A stretch of DNA of 63,914 nt, filler included, from Octopus bimaculoides (GCF_001194135.2; 6 parts of 5 records of this genome joined end to end with filler, not necessarily neighbours in it); one strand, 5' to 3'. Positions 13,779 to 26,671 are shown, numbered from the whole stretch's first letter. A program made the numbers and translations. Notes: generated by a model from the letters alone, not told the origin.

Positions 13779-14424
13779 GATAATACATCACCCGTATTTG
13801 CTATATCCTCATGAAATGCTCAACTGAAGTCAGTACTGTACATGCTTACCCATGCCTAACTAATAAACCCAAAGAATTACTCAAAATTAAAAAGCTACCA
13901 TCTTCTTTGTCTATCTCTCTCAATTTATCAATATTGAATGTCTTCGTTTTTTATCTGTTTATGTTTTACTTGTTTCAGTCATTGGACAGCGACCATTCTG
14001 GGACACCGCCTTGAAAATTTTGGCCAAACCAACCGAACCTTAAAAAATTGTTTTTGTTTTTAAAGTCTGGTATACATTCTATACACCTCTGTTGCCGAAC
14101 CACTAATCTATGGAGACGGAAACAGACCAACACCGGTTGTTAAATGGGTGTGGAGGACATACATAAATACACATATACAAACACACATGCATGCATACAT
14201 GCAATATTTATAAAATTATTTTAGCATTTTCTACCTTGACTTTTTTCCATATATATATATATATATATATAGATATACACACACACTCTTCGAAACGCCG
14301 GTGTTAAAACGTGGGTAGCTGATGNNNNNNNNNNNNNNNNNNNNNNNNNNNNNNNNNNNNNNNNNNNNTTAATTAATTAANNNNNNNNNNNNNNNNNNNN
14401 NNNNNNNNNNNNNNNNNNNNNNNN

Positions 14425-14750
14425 TGATGGGCCGGGGGCTTTCCCGGTCTTCATACTCTTAATTGCTTTATCTACCCTGGTACTATCAACTCGGATAGCT
14501 GGTCCCTCTATTGGGTCGACATACGGCAGGCTCTCTTTCTCCCATTCATTCTCTTTATTAAGCAATCTATCGTAGTGGCATCTCCAGACCTCTTTCTTTG
14601 CATCCTCATTTAATGCAAGCGTACCATCATCCATGCGAACACATTTCTCTCCTACAACATCACTATTCTCTCTCCTACACTGTCTTGCAACACGAAATAC
14701 CTCGAGTCTTTGGTCCTCACGGCGCAGAACATTGGCAAATCTTTCCTTAT
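14425..14750 (-). mobile_element. RTE-clade LINE fragment (linker before the RT domain)
   Basis: Open frame DDGTLALNEDAKKEVWRCHYDRLLNKENEW...VDKAIKSMKTGKAPGPS running into a gap. Confidence 0.85.
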
Positions 14751-15217
14751 ATATATATATATACTTATTTTTTCAGCTTGTTTCAATCCAACATTTTTCT
14801 TCATTCAATCTTAACTTATTTAGAATTAAAAATGAAAGTAAAATTTGACCAATTTTTTTCAATGTCCAATGAAATTTAGTCACTTTTAAATTCTTACATC
14901 TTCTTCATTAAAAGAACAAAAGTAGTTTGAAAAAAATTAAAACACTTCAGTAATATAAAGTTATCAATATTTAAGGATTAAATACATTCTGAGATCAAAT
15001 TCTGCTGAGGTTGATTTTGCCTTTCATCATTTCGGGGTTGATAAAATAAGTAGTTGTTGAGCACTGGAGCTGATATAATCAACTTATCCCTGCCCCTGAA
15101 CCTGCTGGCCTTGTACCAATATCTAAGATTTAAATATTGGAGAATTTCTGAAGGGAAAAGCAAATAGCCAACAGCTGAAAATCATATCCAATAATGGTAG
15201 TCTAAAGAAGAACTAAC

Positions 15218-15336
15218 CTGAGCCAGAGAAACTGTGGAATTAATCAGTGCATCTGAGATTTCATGTGGTAAGTTTAAGTTATTCATCAAATAGTTTCGTA
15301 CAACATCCGGTGATTTCAAGAAGTTTCGGAATACAG
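15218..15336 (-). CDS. Exon H of ABCA-like gene (AVFRNFLKSPDVVRNYLMNNLNLPHEISDALINSTVSLAQ)
   Basis: Acceptor ccttaatatttgtAG and donor CAG|GTTAGT. 119 nt, phase 1 to 0. Second copy of the ABCA ECD1-like motif seen in exon D. The family assignment is moderate confidence because no TM or NBD exon is seen in the window. Confidence 0.85.
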
Positions 15337-15737
15337 CTACAAATATTAAGGATTATTTTTAATGTTATTGAAGAATTTCTTCAAAAGATAGAACATTTTG
15401 AAATTGAAATAATAGAATTCAGACAATGTAATCAAGAGGGAATATAATTTGAAATCCTTTCTTGCATTTATTGAGAAAATAATGTAAACAACAAGAGCTA
15501 CTTTAAATTATTGTTTTATAATCCTCTAGTGCACTTGTTTTAGATATATTATTTGCCTTTTGAAAGCAAGTTGAAGGTGACTGCTTTTTAAGACAATTTT
15601 ATTTCTATTACCATGAAGAAATTAAACAAGTCATTTATGAAGTAGTTTTTATTTGTCTACCTACTTGAGTCAAGAGAACTTATTAATGTTTAATCAGTAG
15701 AATTTAAAGATAAAGATTAACAAATATAAATACTTAC

Positions 15738-15871
15738 CACTAAGTGCCATGATTCTGTCAACAGCTTCCAAACCAAGAATGCCTTTCATTGTAATCTCTA
15801 TATCATCAATGAATTCTTGTGAAAAGGAAGTGTTTTGGACACGCTTGAAATCATCAAGGATATGAAGAATG
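15738..15871 (-). CDS. Exon G of ABCA-like gene (ILHILDDFKRVQNTSFSQEFIDDIEITMKGILGLEAVDRIMALS)
   Basis: Acceptor tttttctcatttgaAG and donor GTG|GTAAGT. 134 nt, phase 2 to 1. Confidence 0.85.
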
Positions 15872-16879
15872 CTTCAAATGAGAAAAATTTTAAAAAGAAA
15901 ATGAAAATCACAATATTTATTATTAAATATAATGAAGGATGTAAACTTTTTCTTACACATGTATTTTGTTTGGAATTGATATTAGATTGTAATTTGTTAA
16001 CATGAACTTTGTGAAGATCCCCCTCTCCTTACAATATTGTCTATTACATCATTTATTTTGGACAATCTCATGGTGTTTGATTAGAATGTTGATCTTTTAT
16101 GCATTTCGTCCTCTCAGATCTTTATTTCAAAACTTGGTGTTGCATAAAACTGTTATAAGATAACATGACATTATCTGTTTAATCTTCAAACTTCTTTGCC
16201 TTTAAGATAATGTTCTAACATCTTGAGCAGTGATTCTCATCTATTTTTTGCCTAAGGACCCCTTTGATTCCTATTTTATTCAGGAAGTGGGGACTCTCAT
16301 AGTCATTCAATGTCTTAAACCTCCAACTATACTTTTATGATTAAATGTTATTAGAAACTGTATAAAAAATGTTTAAACATGTTGTGTATTGTAGAAATAT
16401 TAACAGTTTATTGCTCATGAATTTTAACAACAAAATCTTATATGGACCCCCAAGGGCTATATTGACCCTGGTTGAGAATCACTTATCTTGACTCTCAAAT
16501 ATACATCATAATTGTTGTCATTGTCATTGTTGTCATCGTTGTTATCTTCATCATCATCATCATTAATGTCCTGTTTTCTCTGCTGACATAAATCAGATAG
16601 AATTTGTTGAGGCAGATTTTATACAGCCAGCTGCCTTTCCTGTTTCTAACCCTCACCGTTTCAGATAAGATAATTTTCCCCATGAGCAGATATGATTTCA
16701 TGGAAGATAAGAAATTCCAGACACCATTGATAATAATAACGAAATTATTGTGTATAGTGCTCAGGTGCACTACAACTCATCAAAGGTAATTGTACAGTAC
16801 ATAGAATTATGTACAAAAGTCAGGAAAGTGAACAGTGTATGAGTCATGATATACATGTGTACATGAGTATGGAGGGGGT

Positions 16880-17290
16880 GGATATCAGGTGTAGTGTTGG
16901 TGAATTTCAGGAAGCATGGAGGTTTTAAAGGATACAATGTTTCGGCAACTAACAACTGATGCAGTGAGTTTGTTCCATGTTTCAGCAACTCTGAGAGTGA
17001 AAAAATGTTTCTGAAATTCATGGGAGCTATGCTGTTTTCTGACTTTGTAGGCAAGCCCATGTGCGTGAAACACATGGAGCTCAAAAAGGTGTTCAAGGTG
17101 GTTGTTGGCATAATGCTTAATAATTTTGTGGGTGTTTACTAAGCCAGTTGCCAGACGTTGGAGCTCAATGAATATATGCTCAGGAAAGTAAAGCATTCAG
17201 AGTATGGTAGATGCCTAATGGAGGGTATTCACTTGGTTGCATGTCTCTGAATAATTTCCAGGAGGTCAATGTCCTGAACAAGATAGGAGT
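16880..17290 (-). mobile_element. CR1/L2-type LINE 3' fragment
   Basis: HGLAYKVRKQHSSHEFQKHFFTLRVAETWNKLTASVVSCRNIVSFKT matches the CR1 ORF2 C-terminal pattern. Confidence 0.75.
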
Positions 17291-17850
17291 TTGACAGTGA
17301 CATTTGTTTATGACAATCACATGATGTCAAGGCCAGGAAACAACAATACACACATGTACATACATACATACATACATACATACATACACACATACATATA
17401 CACATACGTATACACATACATACACACATACATAGATACATACATACATACATACATACATACATACATACATACATACATACATACTGTATATATGCAA
17501 TGGACTACTTTCAGTTACCATCCACCAAATCCACTCCTAACAGTCTAGTTGGTTCAGAGCTATAGTAGAAGTTACTTATCATGCAGTGGGACAGAATCTG
17601 AGATCATATAGTTGGGTGACAAGAAAAGTTTTTTTTTGTTAATAACACTAAATTGCATCACTTTATGCTACTTATTTACAGTTAAATAGACTGGAACATT
17701 ATGATTTACATATTCTAAACTAGTGATAGATATGAATGTTGCCTTTTAACTAGGTTGCTAGTACCTCTTTATTTAGCTGGTTGTAACCTCAAATAATGCA
17801 ATACTGAATTTATAGAGTGGATATTTATAAAAAGTATTAAAATACTCTAG

Positions 17851-18217
17851 GCATGGCTGTGTGGTAAGAAGCTTGGTTCCCAACCACATGGTTCTGGGTT
17901 CAGTGTCACTATGTGGCACCTTAGGCAAGTGTCTTCTACTTTAGTCTCAGGCTGACCAAAGCCTTGTGAGTGGATTTGGTGGACAGAAACAGAAAGAAGC
18001 CTGTTGTATGTGTGTGTGTGTCTGTGTCTCACACCACCACTTGATAACCAGTGCTGGTGTGTTTATCTTCCTGTAACCTAGCATTTCAGCAAAAGAAACC
18101 AATGGAATAAGTACAAGGCTTAAAATAATAAGCACTGGGGTTGTTTCATTTGGCTAAAAATTCTTCCAGATGGCATCCCATCATGGCCACAGTCTAATGA
18201 CTGAAACAAGGAAAAGA
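17851..18217 (+). mobile_element. SINE family B copy
   Basis: Head ggctgtgtggtaagaagcttg...gggttcagt, core gtggcaccttaggcaagtgtcttct, internal (TG)n, tail atgactgaaacaag. Confidence 0.8.
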
Positions 18218-18941
18218 TAAACCATTAATACAAGCTGTATACCAGTGTTTGTTTCATAATTTTCTTCTGCCTACATTTTCAAATTAGGTGGACATCTTGG
18301 TTTCATTATGACTCCAAATGAGAACATGCGTATGTGTGTGTGCTTACTGGAAGCACCATCCTGTATGCATGAAGAGTAGTTGAGTGTAAGATGGATTTGT
18401 GCTATTTATTGGGTTGTCAGTTATCTAGAGAAAGGAAACTTAGACTTTGTGATCTGGCCATTAATAAATGTGGGGGCCTCATTTGAGATTTGAGACTTGT
18501 ACAGATTGGAGAACATAGGATTTGTAGAACAGGCATAGGTAACCTTATTTGAGAAGTGGCCCTTCAATAGCAATACTTCATCACAGGTTGAATTACCTAA
18601 AAAAAGAAAAAGCAAATTGAGGCAATTTTTCTTGTTAGGTGTGCCATTCAGAAAGTCCTGTAGCCCATGGGCTGCAGTTTCCCCATGCCTGTTGTAGAAT
18701 GTCATAATATTTCAATTTTATATTGTTAATGCCTTTGGGAATGTAATTGTATGGGCATGTTTCCTTTTTTTAAGCTATGTAATGTGTGTTCTCATGCTAT
18801 TGAATGACACTGCTCATTTAAAAATATTCTTGTTGTCTTAGTTCCTTCAAGGTGTGCATATCTACTGAGATGAACTGAGTTTATATAAATGAAAAGTGAG
18901 AATGAAAGAAGTAAAGGTGTAAAATATGTCAGAATACTTAC

Positions 18942-19147
18942 GATGAAACAATCTTTTGGGGAACTTGATCAATAACTAATTGTTGGATATTTGGAATCAA
19001 TCTTGATAACTGATTGAAGTCAAAGGATGAAAGGAAGTCTTCCAGTGCTAGAAGTCTGTGGACATTTTCAAGAAGATCTGCCATTTCTTGAGAGACATTC
19101 ATGAGCCATGGTAATTCAATACGGAATGTTTGGTTCAGAAGGGATAA
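18942..19147 (-). CDS. Exon F of ABCA-like gene (LSLLNQTFRIELPWLMNVSQEMADLLENVHRLL...QVPQKIVS)
   Basis: Acceptor tctcttttttatAG and donor TC|GTAAGT. 206 nt, phase 0 to 2. Confidence 0.85.
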
Positions 19148-19688
19148 CTATAAAAAAGAGATTTATAAGATTTCTTATTCTGTTACAGACACCAATCAAC
19201 CTAAGACAGCCCTAGTTCTATCATATAAAATTTTAAAGTTATCTAAATTAAAACCTTCCATCAAACACTTTATGTTTGTTTATGTTTCAAGCATCAACTT
19301 AATGATAATCAAATCATTTCATTGAATTCTTCATTATTTATAAAATTAATTGAATCACACATACTATGTTTCAACAGTAATATGGTAACAAAAGGGAATG
19401 TGATTGTAAACTGATATCAAAGTTAAGTATAGCACAACTCACCATTCTAAGGATTGGCCATATTTTGTCTTCCTTTGTCTCAGTTGGCCTAAATATTTGG
19501 ATCTAGGGCCTACTTCTTATAATAGGTTGCATATTAATCCTGTTAAGTTCCTAATACACAAACAACAACAGCTACCACTATCATTGCCCATCCTGCCCCT
19601 AAGTATGGGATTCTTTATGAAATGAGATATTTACCAGTTAACATCTTTTTCTGTTATAAGAAATCCCATAAAGATAGCAATGAATTTA

Positions 19689-20150
19689 ATATTGGTTTAA
19701 AATTTTGGCGCAAGGCGAGCAATTCTAGGGGAGGCTGTGAGTTGATTACATCAAACCCAATGCTCAACTGGTATTTATTTTATCAACCCCAAAAGGATGA
19801 AAGGCAAAATCAGCCTCAGAGGAATTTGAACTCAGAACATAAAGATGGATGAAATGCTGCTAAGCATTTTGCCTGACTTGCTAATGATTCAGCCAGCTTC
19901 TTGCCTTCTTTAGTATCAAGTAATATTGGTTTCAAATTTTGGCACAAGGCTAGCATTTGCAGGGAAAGGTAACCAGCTTGCCTGGTTACACTGATCCCAC
20001 TGCTCAATTGGTACTTATTTTATCAACCTTGAAAAAATGAAAGACAAAGTTGACCTTGGTGGAATTTGAACTCAGAACATAAAAACGGATGAAATGCTGC
20101 TAAGCATTTTACTCAGTGCAGTGATGATTTTGCCAGTTTGCCACCTTAGC
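19689..20150 (-). mobile_element. Two tandem SINE family A copies
   Basis: Reverse complement of the family A core (ggatgaaaggcaaaat...ggaatttgaactcagaac) occurs twice. Confidence 0.8.
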
Positions 20151-20284
20151 AATAAATTTAATTATTAACTCATGTTCAACTGAGTAATTGTGATCGTTGT
20201 AGTTAATAAATTATGTAATATTTAATAAATTATGTTAATAAATTAGTAGTTAGGGAATTAATAGAAAAAAGAAAATAAACTCAC

Positions 20285-20476
20285 CTCTTTAGCAATTGTC
20301 ACAAAATCTAAGTAAACACTAAGTCCAGATATTGTTGTTGTCAAATTCTTACATAGGATCTCAGTTACATTCTCCAAAGATACCTTACTGTCAGGCCAAT
20401 CGATGTAGAAAGATAAATTGCGATGTGTACAAATCAAATCCTGCACGTCTTGTGGAGATTTCTGCATCAACTCAAT
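20285..20476 (-). CDS. Exon E of ABCA-like gene (IELMQKSPQDVQDLICTHRNLSFYIDWP...EILCKNL...FVTIAKE)
   Basis: Acceptor aaatcgttttcAG and donor GAG|GTGAGT. 192 nt, phase 0 to 0, 64 open codons. Confidence 0.85.
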
Positions 20477-20559
20477 CTGAAAACGATTTTTTGAGATGAA
20501 TTAATTTCCAATAGAATACATATTCAATATACTACTACAACTACCCCTTCCGCCTCCTC

Positions 20560-21867
20560 AATAATAATGATAATGGAATCAAACTCCATGACATGAAGGA
20601 AAAGACAAAAAGAGAGTATCTGCAGCAAGTGAGAAAAATACTGGCTTCAAAGCTGAATGGCAGAACATAATTTTAGCAATAAACTCATGCGCAGTTGCAG
20701 CAGTTTAGTATGGTGCTGGAATCCTGAAGTGGACAGAGAAGGAGCTAAAGGAGATGGGCAGGAAGTCAAGAAAGCTCCTAATGATGCATGGAGCCCATCA
20801 TCCATGTGCAGATACTGACTGCCTATACATGAAGAGAGCAAATGGAGGAAGGGGACTGATAAGTGTGGAAGACTGCATGCATATCAAACTTGAGAACTTA
20901 ATGAGATACCTCACCCAAAGTAAAGAAACCTTGCTAATGACAGTTAGGAATGAGGGAGTATTGAGAGCAGAGAAAAAAAGGGAAAACAAAGGAAGAAGTA
21001 CAAAAAGGACACGAAGAAGAATTATGCAAGAAGGGACTACATAATCAATTCCATGTAGCTGCAACAGAAGTTGCTAGAAAAATAGGTGGGATTGGCTGAT
21101 GAAAGGAACCCTGGCAAAAGAGACCGAGAGCACTATGCTAGCAGCGCAAGACCAGGCTTTGGCCACAGGCTGGAGGATCAACCTTAGGAATGACTAAGTG
21201 TCTCTGCTGTGCCACATTGGCAATAGAGTGGATGAAACAATTGCCCATATCATGAATGAATGCCTTAGACTTGCCCAAAACCACTACAAAGTGTGGCAAC
21301 AAGATTAGGTAGCGAAAGTGCTCCACTGAAAACTGTATGAAAAGTGGGGGCTAGAGAGAGGCAAGATGTGGTATGATCACAAACCACAGAGAGTGGTGGA
21401 GTCGGAGATTAGCAAAATTCTCTGGGATTTCCCAATCCAGACAGATCAGGTGCTAGAGCATGACAGACCAGATCTAGTGGTGGTGGACAAGGTGCACCAC
21501 ATATGCTATATAGTTGATGTTGCATGCCCCTTTGAACCACGAATAGTCAAGAAGGAAGGTGAAAAGATAGACAGATACAACCCTCTTAAGTATGAAATAG
21601 CCTGGCTATGGAAAATGAAGAAGGTGAAGATAGTGCCAATTATTGTTGGATCCTTGAGAACAGTATCAGAAGGCATTGAGAGGAATATAAAGGAAATTGG
21701 AATAGAGTGTCCAGTAGAACTGTTACAAAAGGTTTGCCTTCTTGACATGAACAGAATAATCAGGTAAGTAGCCGAAAAGAGTGAATAGCATGATACTGTA
21801 GGCTACAGGTAGTAAGCCTGCTATGCATGCAAGACTCCAGGAGCTCCAAGAAAACTTGCAATAAAGA

Positions 21868-21913
<46 letters not shown>
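20560..21913 (+). mobile_element. Degenerate R4/Dong-like LINE 3' portion
   Basis: Fragments MHGAHHPCADTDCLYMKRANGGRGLISVEDC and KILWDFPIQTD...RPDLVVVDK...DVACP...EKIDRYNPLK...VPIIVG. Stops and frameshifts are present, and there is a (TAA)n tail. Confidence 0.85.
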
Positions 21914-21915
<2 letters not shown>

Positions 21916-22701
21916 CCTTTCTACTATAAGCACAAGGCCTGAGATTTTGTGAGAGGGGGATAGTAAATTACATCGACCCCAGAAGAAGAAGAAGAAGAAA
22001 AAGAAGAAGAAGAAGAACAAGAAGAACAAGAATAATAATTAGAAGAACAACAACAACAGCAATAATAAAATTATAAGCCCTGAAACAGTTCCCCCCCCTT
22101 AAAGGGAATATTCACCCTCTCTCCTATCTCTCAGTAAACTCTCTTCCTCTGGAAGCAACTGTAGGTGGCAGCAGCAATAGTCCCCACTCAAAATCCCCAC
22201 AAGATTTGTACAGGTTATTCTCTGTAATAAAATTTCAGAGGAAGATTTGTTTGGAAAACAATTTGATCTGATACTGTGTGTTGAAACTAAAGTGATTGCA
22301 TCATGGACGAAACATTTATTATTTGCTGAACATTTATTATTCATTATTTGGTGTCAAAAGTTTCATTGCATAAGCCTTAGAGTAAGCTTGTCAATGGCCA
22401 GGTTGTAGTTCATGTGAAGAAAAATTTAACACCAAATAATAAATAATAAATGCTTAAATGAAGTTAATAGTCTTTGTTTTGAATAGCTGACATGTCTTCC
22501 ATACTGGAACCAGTTATAATAAGAGTTTTGGAGTAATGTATGCATATACACACATATACACATACATTGATATGTGCAACCTATAATACTCAAACCTTTA
22601 TTTTGGTATATTGCTTTCTCCACACTTTTGATTTAAACTGTTATAATTTTATATAAGTTACCTAATTTACAAACTATTATAAAAAGTGTGAAAGAACTTA
22701 C

Positions 22702-22826
22702 CAGCTTCATATTAATTCTAGAATCAAAGAGGGTCTTGATAATATCAGGAGAAAGGGTTGTTTGGTTCATTAGATACATTTCAGCTTGTTTAGGGTCTAT
22801 GAATAGTTGGGACAGCTTGACAATAA
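22702..22826 (-). CDS. Exon D of ABCA-like gene (VIVKLSQLFIDPKQAEMYLMNQTTLSPDIIKTLFDSRINMKL)
   Basis: Acceptor tttctttttaatgcAG and donor CTG|GTAAGT. 125 nt, phase 1 to 0. The peptide resembles, from memory, the ABCA1/ABCA2 ECD1 segment FLxxNLSLPxSTxxxLLxAxV. Confidence 0.85.
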
Positions 22827-23994
22827 CTGCATTAAAAAGAAAAAGAAATATTTCATATTAACAATAAGTGAATAAGGCAATTACTTTTTTGACACATCAG
22901 GTAGGCTTACACTCCAATTAATACATGGACATTCTTTTACTCCTGAGAAGCAATCATGAGCACAAAAGCCAAAAGCACCTATATATATATGTTGGTGTTA
23001 TGTAAAGTACACAGCGCACTCTGTAAAGTGGTTGGCATTAGGAAGGGAATCCAACTGTAGAAACCAAGCCAAATCAGACTGGAACCTGTTGCAGCTCTTC
23101 TGCTCGCCAGCTCTGGGCAAATCGTCCAGCCCATGCTCGTTAGAGGATGTTGATGATGATACACGTGTGTGCATTCACACACACACACATACATACACAC
23201 ACACACAGCTTCTGTACAATTTCCTTCAACTAAATTCTTTCACTAGGCTTTGGTAGTGCTAAAGTACATGACACTTGTCCAGCATGCTGCATGATAGAAC
23301 AGTAACCAAAATTGTGTGATTGTGAAGCAACTTTCTTAACCACACGGTCCTGCCAATGCTTTTTATATGCTATATAACTTAGCCAATTGTAACTGATATA
23401 GAATAACTTTATCACAAGCATAGCTTTACTTCCATTGGTAAATATAAAGTAAAAGGTAAAGACTGTATTTGGTCATGAATGGCCATAGGATTGCACCTAG
23501 AAAGTTTCCCTCTGAGGTACAAGTTCTGCCAGATTTGTTTATGGAAGACCAGTAGACACCCATGCATACCAGCCTCCCCACTCCATGCCACATATGTTAT
23601 CCAAGGGAAAGGCAAAGATCTATATAATTTGGCATCTGTAATGTTGCAACACATTTCTACAGCTGAGTGAACTTGAGCAACATGAAATAAAGTGTCTTGC
23701 TCAAGAACACAACACACAGCCCAGTCTGGGAATCAAACTCATGATTGTGAGCCCAACACTCTAACCACTGAGCCACACGCCTCCAAGGGTAAATATACTG
23801 AATCAAATATTAATCAAAATCTCAGTAATTACATATATTGCGTTTTGGTTTTAATTATCTTATCTTAAATATGTCAATTGATTTCTTTTATGTTTTTTTA
23901 TTCTTTTTATTTTTCATTTATTTTTATCAAATGCTTGCTCTATATTTGTTTTGTTATCAGGGACCCTGTTTAAGTTGGAAAATTTATTTTTTCA

Positions 23995-24360
23995 TTTTAT
24001 CTTACTTGTTTCAGTCATTAGACTGTGGCTTTGCTGGGGTACCACCTGGAAGAACTTTTAGTTGAATTAATTGACCCCAGTATTTTTTTTAAGCCTGGTA
24101 CTTATTCTATTGATCTCTTTTGCCAAACTGTTAAGATACGGGGAGATAAACACACAAACTCTGGTCATCAAGCAGTGGTTCAGGACAAACACACACACAC
24201 ACACATACGATGGACTTCTTTTAGTTTCTGTCAACCAAATTCACACACAGGTTGGCCTGAGGCTATAGTAGAAGACACTTGCCCAAGGTACCATGCAGTA
24301 GGACTGAACCTGGAATCATATATTTGGGAAGCAAGCTTCTTACCACACAGCCATGGTTGT
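23995..24360 (-). mobile_element. SINE family B copy
   Basis: Reverse complement of family B (gaagacacttgcccaaggtacc...cttcttaccacacagcc). Confidence 0.8.
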
Positions 24361-24729
24361 GCTTGTATATTGCTTTTTGGTTTTAATTATCTTATCTTAA
24401 ATATGTCAATTGATTTCTTGCATCTTTTTTTCTATCCTTTTTATCTTTCATTTTTTTATCATTTGTTTCATTTGTTTTGTTATCAGGGAGCTGTTTCAGT
24501 TGGAAAATATATAGAAATCAGGTAAATTACTTCTTTGCTTGTTATCTGAGGGTCAACATAATCACATGTAGAAAACAATCAGTTGAAACTAGTACCACAG
24601 CAAAAATAAGATGATATGATTTAAACAATCAGAATTATCAGAACTCAACAATTTTTTCATGTTTAATTTATTAAGACAAAGGCTTGGGTCGAGCCAGCGA
24701 AGGAGTCTCTATATGTGTGCTTGACCTAC

Positions 24730-25092
24730 GTTGTTGTTGTTGGCACTCCATCGCTTACGACGTTGAGGGTTCCAGTTGATCTGATCAACGGAACAGCCTG
24801 CTCGTGAAATTAACATGCAAGTGGCTGAGCACTCCACAGACACGCATACACTTAACGCAGTTTTTGGGGATATTCAGCGTGACATAGTGTGACAAGGCTG
24901 ACCCTTTGAATTACAGGCACAACAGAAACAGGAAGAAAGAGTGAGAGAAAGTTGTGGTGAAAGAGTTTATTGAGCGAAAACACCTAAAGCTCCTCGTGGA
25001 GCTTTAGGTGTTTTCGCTCAATAAACACTCACAACGCCCGGTCTGAGAATCGAAACTGCGATCCTATGACCACAAGTCCGCTGCCCTAACCA
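24730..25092 (-). mobile_element. SINE family C copy (tRNA-like head, AAC-repeat tail) with internal foldback
   Basis: Minus-strand head gtggaggtgcaatggcccagtggttagggc...gtttcgattc. The body is shared with 32985-33224. Confidence 0.75.
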
Positions 25093-26671
25093 CTGGGCCA
25101 TTGCACCTCCACTCTTGACCTACAATAAACAGCAATCAAATCTCTTTCAAATCACAACATAACATTTTAATAAAAAAAGAAAGGACATATTTAATGATGT
25201 CAATCTAGACAGAATTCCTGAAAACAAAAACAAAAAAATGTTTATTACAACCAGGAAGTCTTTGATCATGGATGTCCAATAAAAGCTGGCTTGGAGTTAA
25301 ACAACAAAGTTGTACATGAAAGGATTTTAATTTATATTTCCATTGTTTACTTTGATGACTTCCATATATCTATATCCTTCTTTTTCTTTTATTCTTTCTA
25401 ACTGTAACAACACCTGTTATTTCTCTGTTTTTCATTCTTTTCTATTCTGTCTCTCTGTAGCAGCACCTGTCATTTCTTGTTTTCTCCCTGCCACCTGATT
25501 GTTATTTTCCTTCCTGTTGCTGTGTATGTGCTATTGTTACCCTTTTCCTCTCCAGTTTCTCACTCCTTTCCTTCAACTCTTCTCTGGCACTCTTTTCCTT
25601 ATTCCATTCATGCTTTCTCTTTCTTGGGCTCAGAACATATGCACATGCATCCAGACTCACACATTTGTATTGTATTGCAACATGAGTAGAGCATTAATCA
25701 TGAGAGCCATGCTCATATTGCAAGACAATGCCGAAATAAACATACAAACAACACATACATAAAAAAATTAACATGTGGCTACTGTCATGAAAACATAATG
25801 GTAAAAAATTTGACCAGAACAAACAAATCATCATGTGACCTCTAATGGTAAAAAAACCCTTTATTGGGAAAGTCTATATGAATTCAACCAGCATTTAAGA
25901 AATGACAGATGCCAAGAAGGTATTTCCTTCTTGAAGTGAGACTGTGAAGGTCTGGAAATATTGACTATGAATTTAGGAACTTTATTGTTCCAAACTAACT
26001 GCGAAAAAACTAATAAGAAAATACAGAAAACTAAAAAAGATAAAACTTGAACACAGTTGTGTATTTTATGAAACACAAACACACACGCACACATATATGC
26101 ATATGTGTGTGGGTGTATAACAGGCTTCTTCTAGTTTCCATCAAGATATTGGTCAACCCATGGCTACTGTAGAAAACACCAGCTAACAGTGTCCACACTG
26201 AGTGAGCAAACCCTAAACATGGTTCTCAAGCAAACTTCATAATCACACTGTCATGCCTGCACTTCGGTTAGATTTTCTAAATATTTTACCAGAGTTCAGT
26301 AATTTTAAAACTTATCAGCATAACATTCTTTGCCTGTTTTTGTGAACAATATCTCTGTTACATAAAACAATTTAGCTAATCTTATTTTAAAATACATATA
26401 GCTTTTCTTTCATAACTTCATGCAATTCATTTGATGGATGAGGTATTAACAAGGTTGACAGGGAAAAGACAAAACAAAACAAAACAACGTTATATCATGT
26501 TTGACAAGATTTTTTTACATCAGTGCTGAAATAATCCATGAAGACTGATTATATTCACATTAACCCCACCAAACAAAGCTGGGTCAATTTAAAAATGAAT
26601 TAAATGAACAAATACTGAAGCAACATTACATCTTTAGTATTTAAATCAGCCATTTTCGGCCAAAATATTTT

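Noticed and set aside
13849-13942. Open stretch TFNIDKLREIDKEDG...VRHG ending at a GTAAGC donor
   Set aside because: There is no polypyrimidine tract (the upstream sequence is an A-rich SINE tail) and no recognisable similarity.
14369-14380. TTAATTAATTAA between N runs (also at 31312, 53587, 60431 and 62757)
   Set aside because: An identical 12-mer with stops in all six frames, always inside gaps. This is a scaffolding spacer, not biology.
18421-18705. Minus ORF with a strong acceptor near 18597
   Set aside because: It is open only as a phase 1 start while exon F ends in phase 2. There is no good donor, and F joins G directly.
22099-22344. ORF containing CFPNKSS, similar to the ABCA1 CHFPNKA motif
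   Set aside because: It lies at the wrong position in the exon order and has an incompatible phase. Exons D and E join cleanly without it.
25861-26094. Minus ORF with a strong acceptor near 26000
   Set aside because: It is open only in phase 0 but the preceding exon C ends in phase 1.
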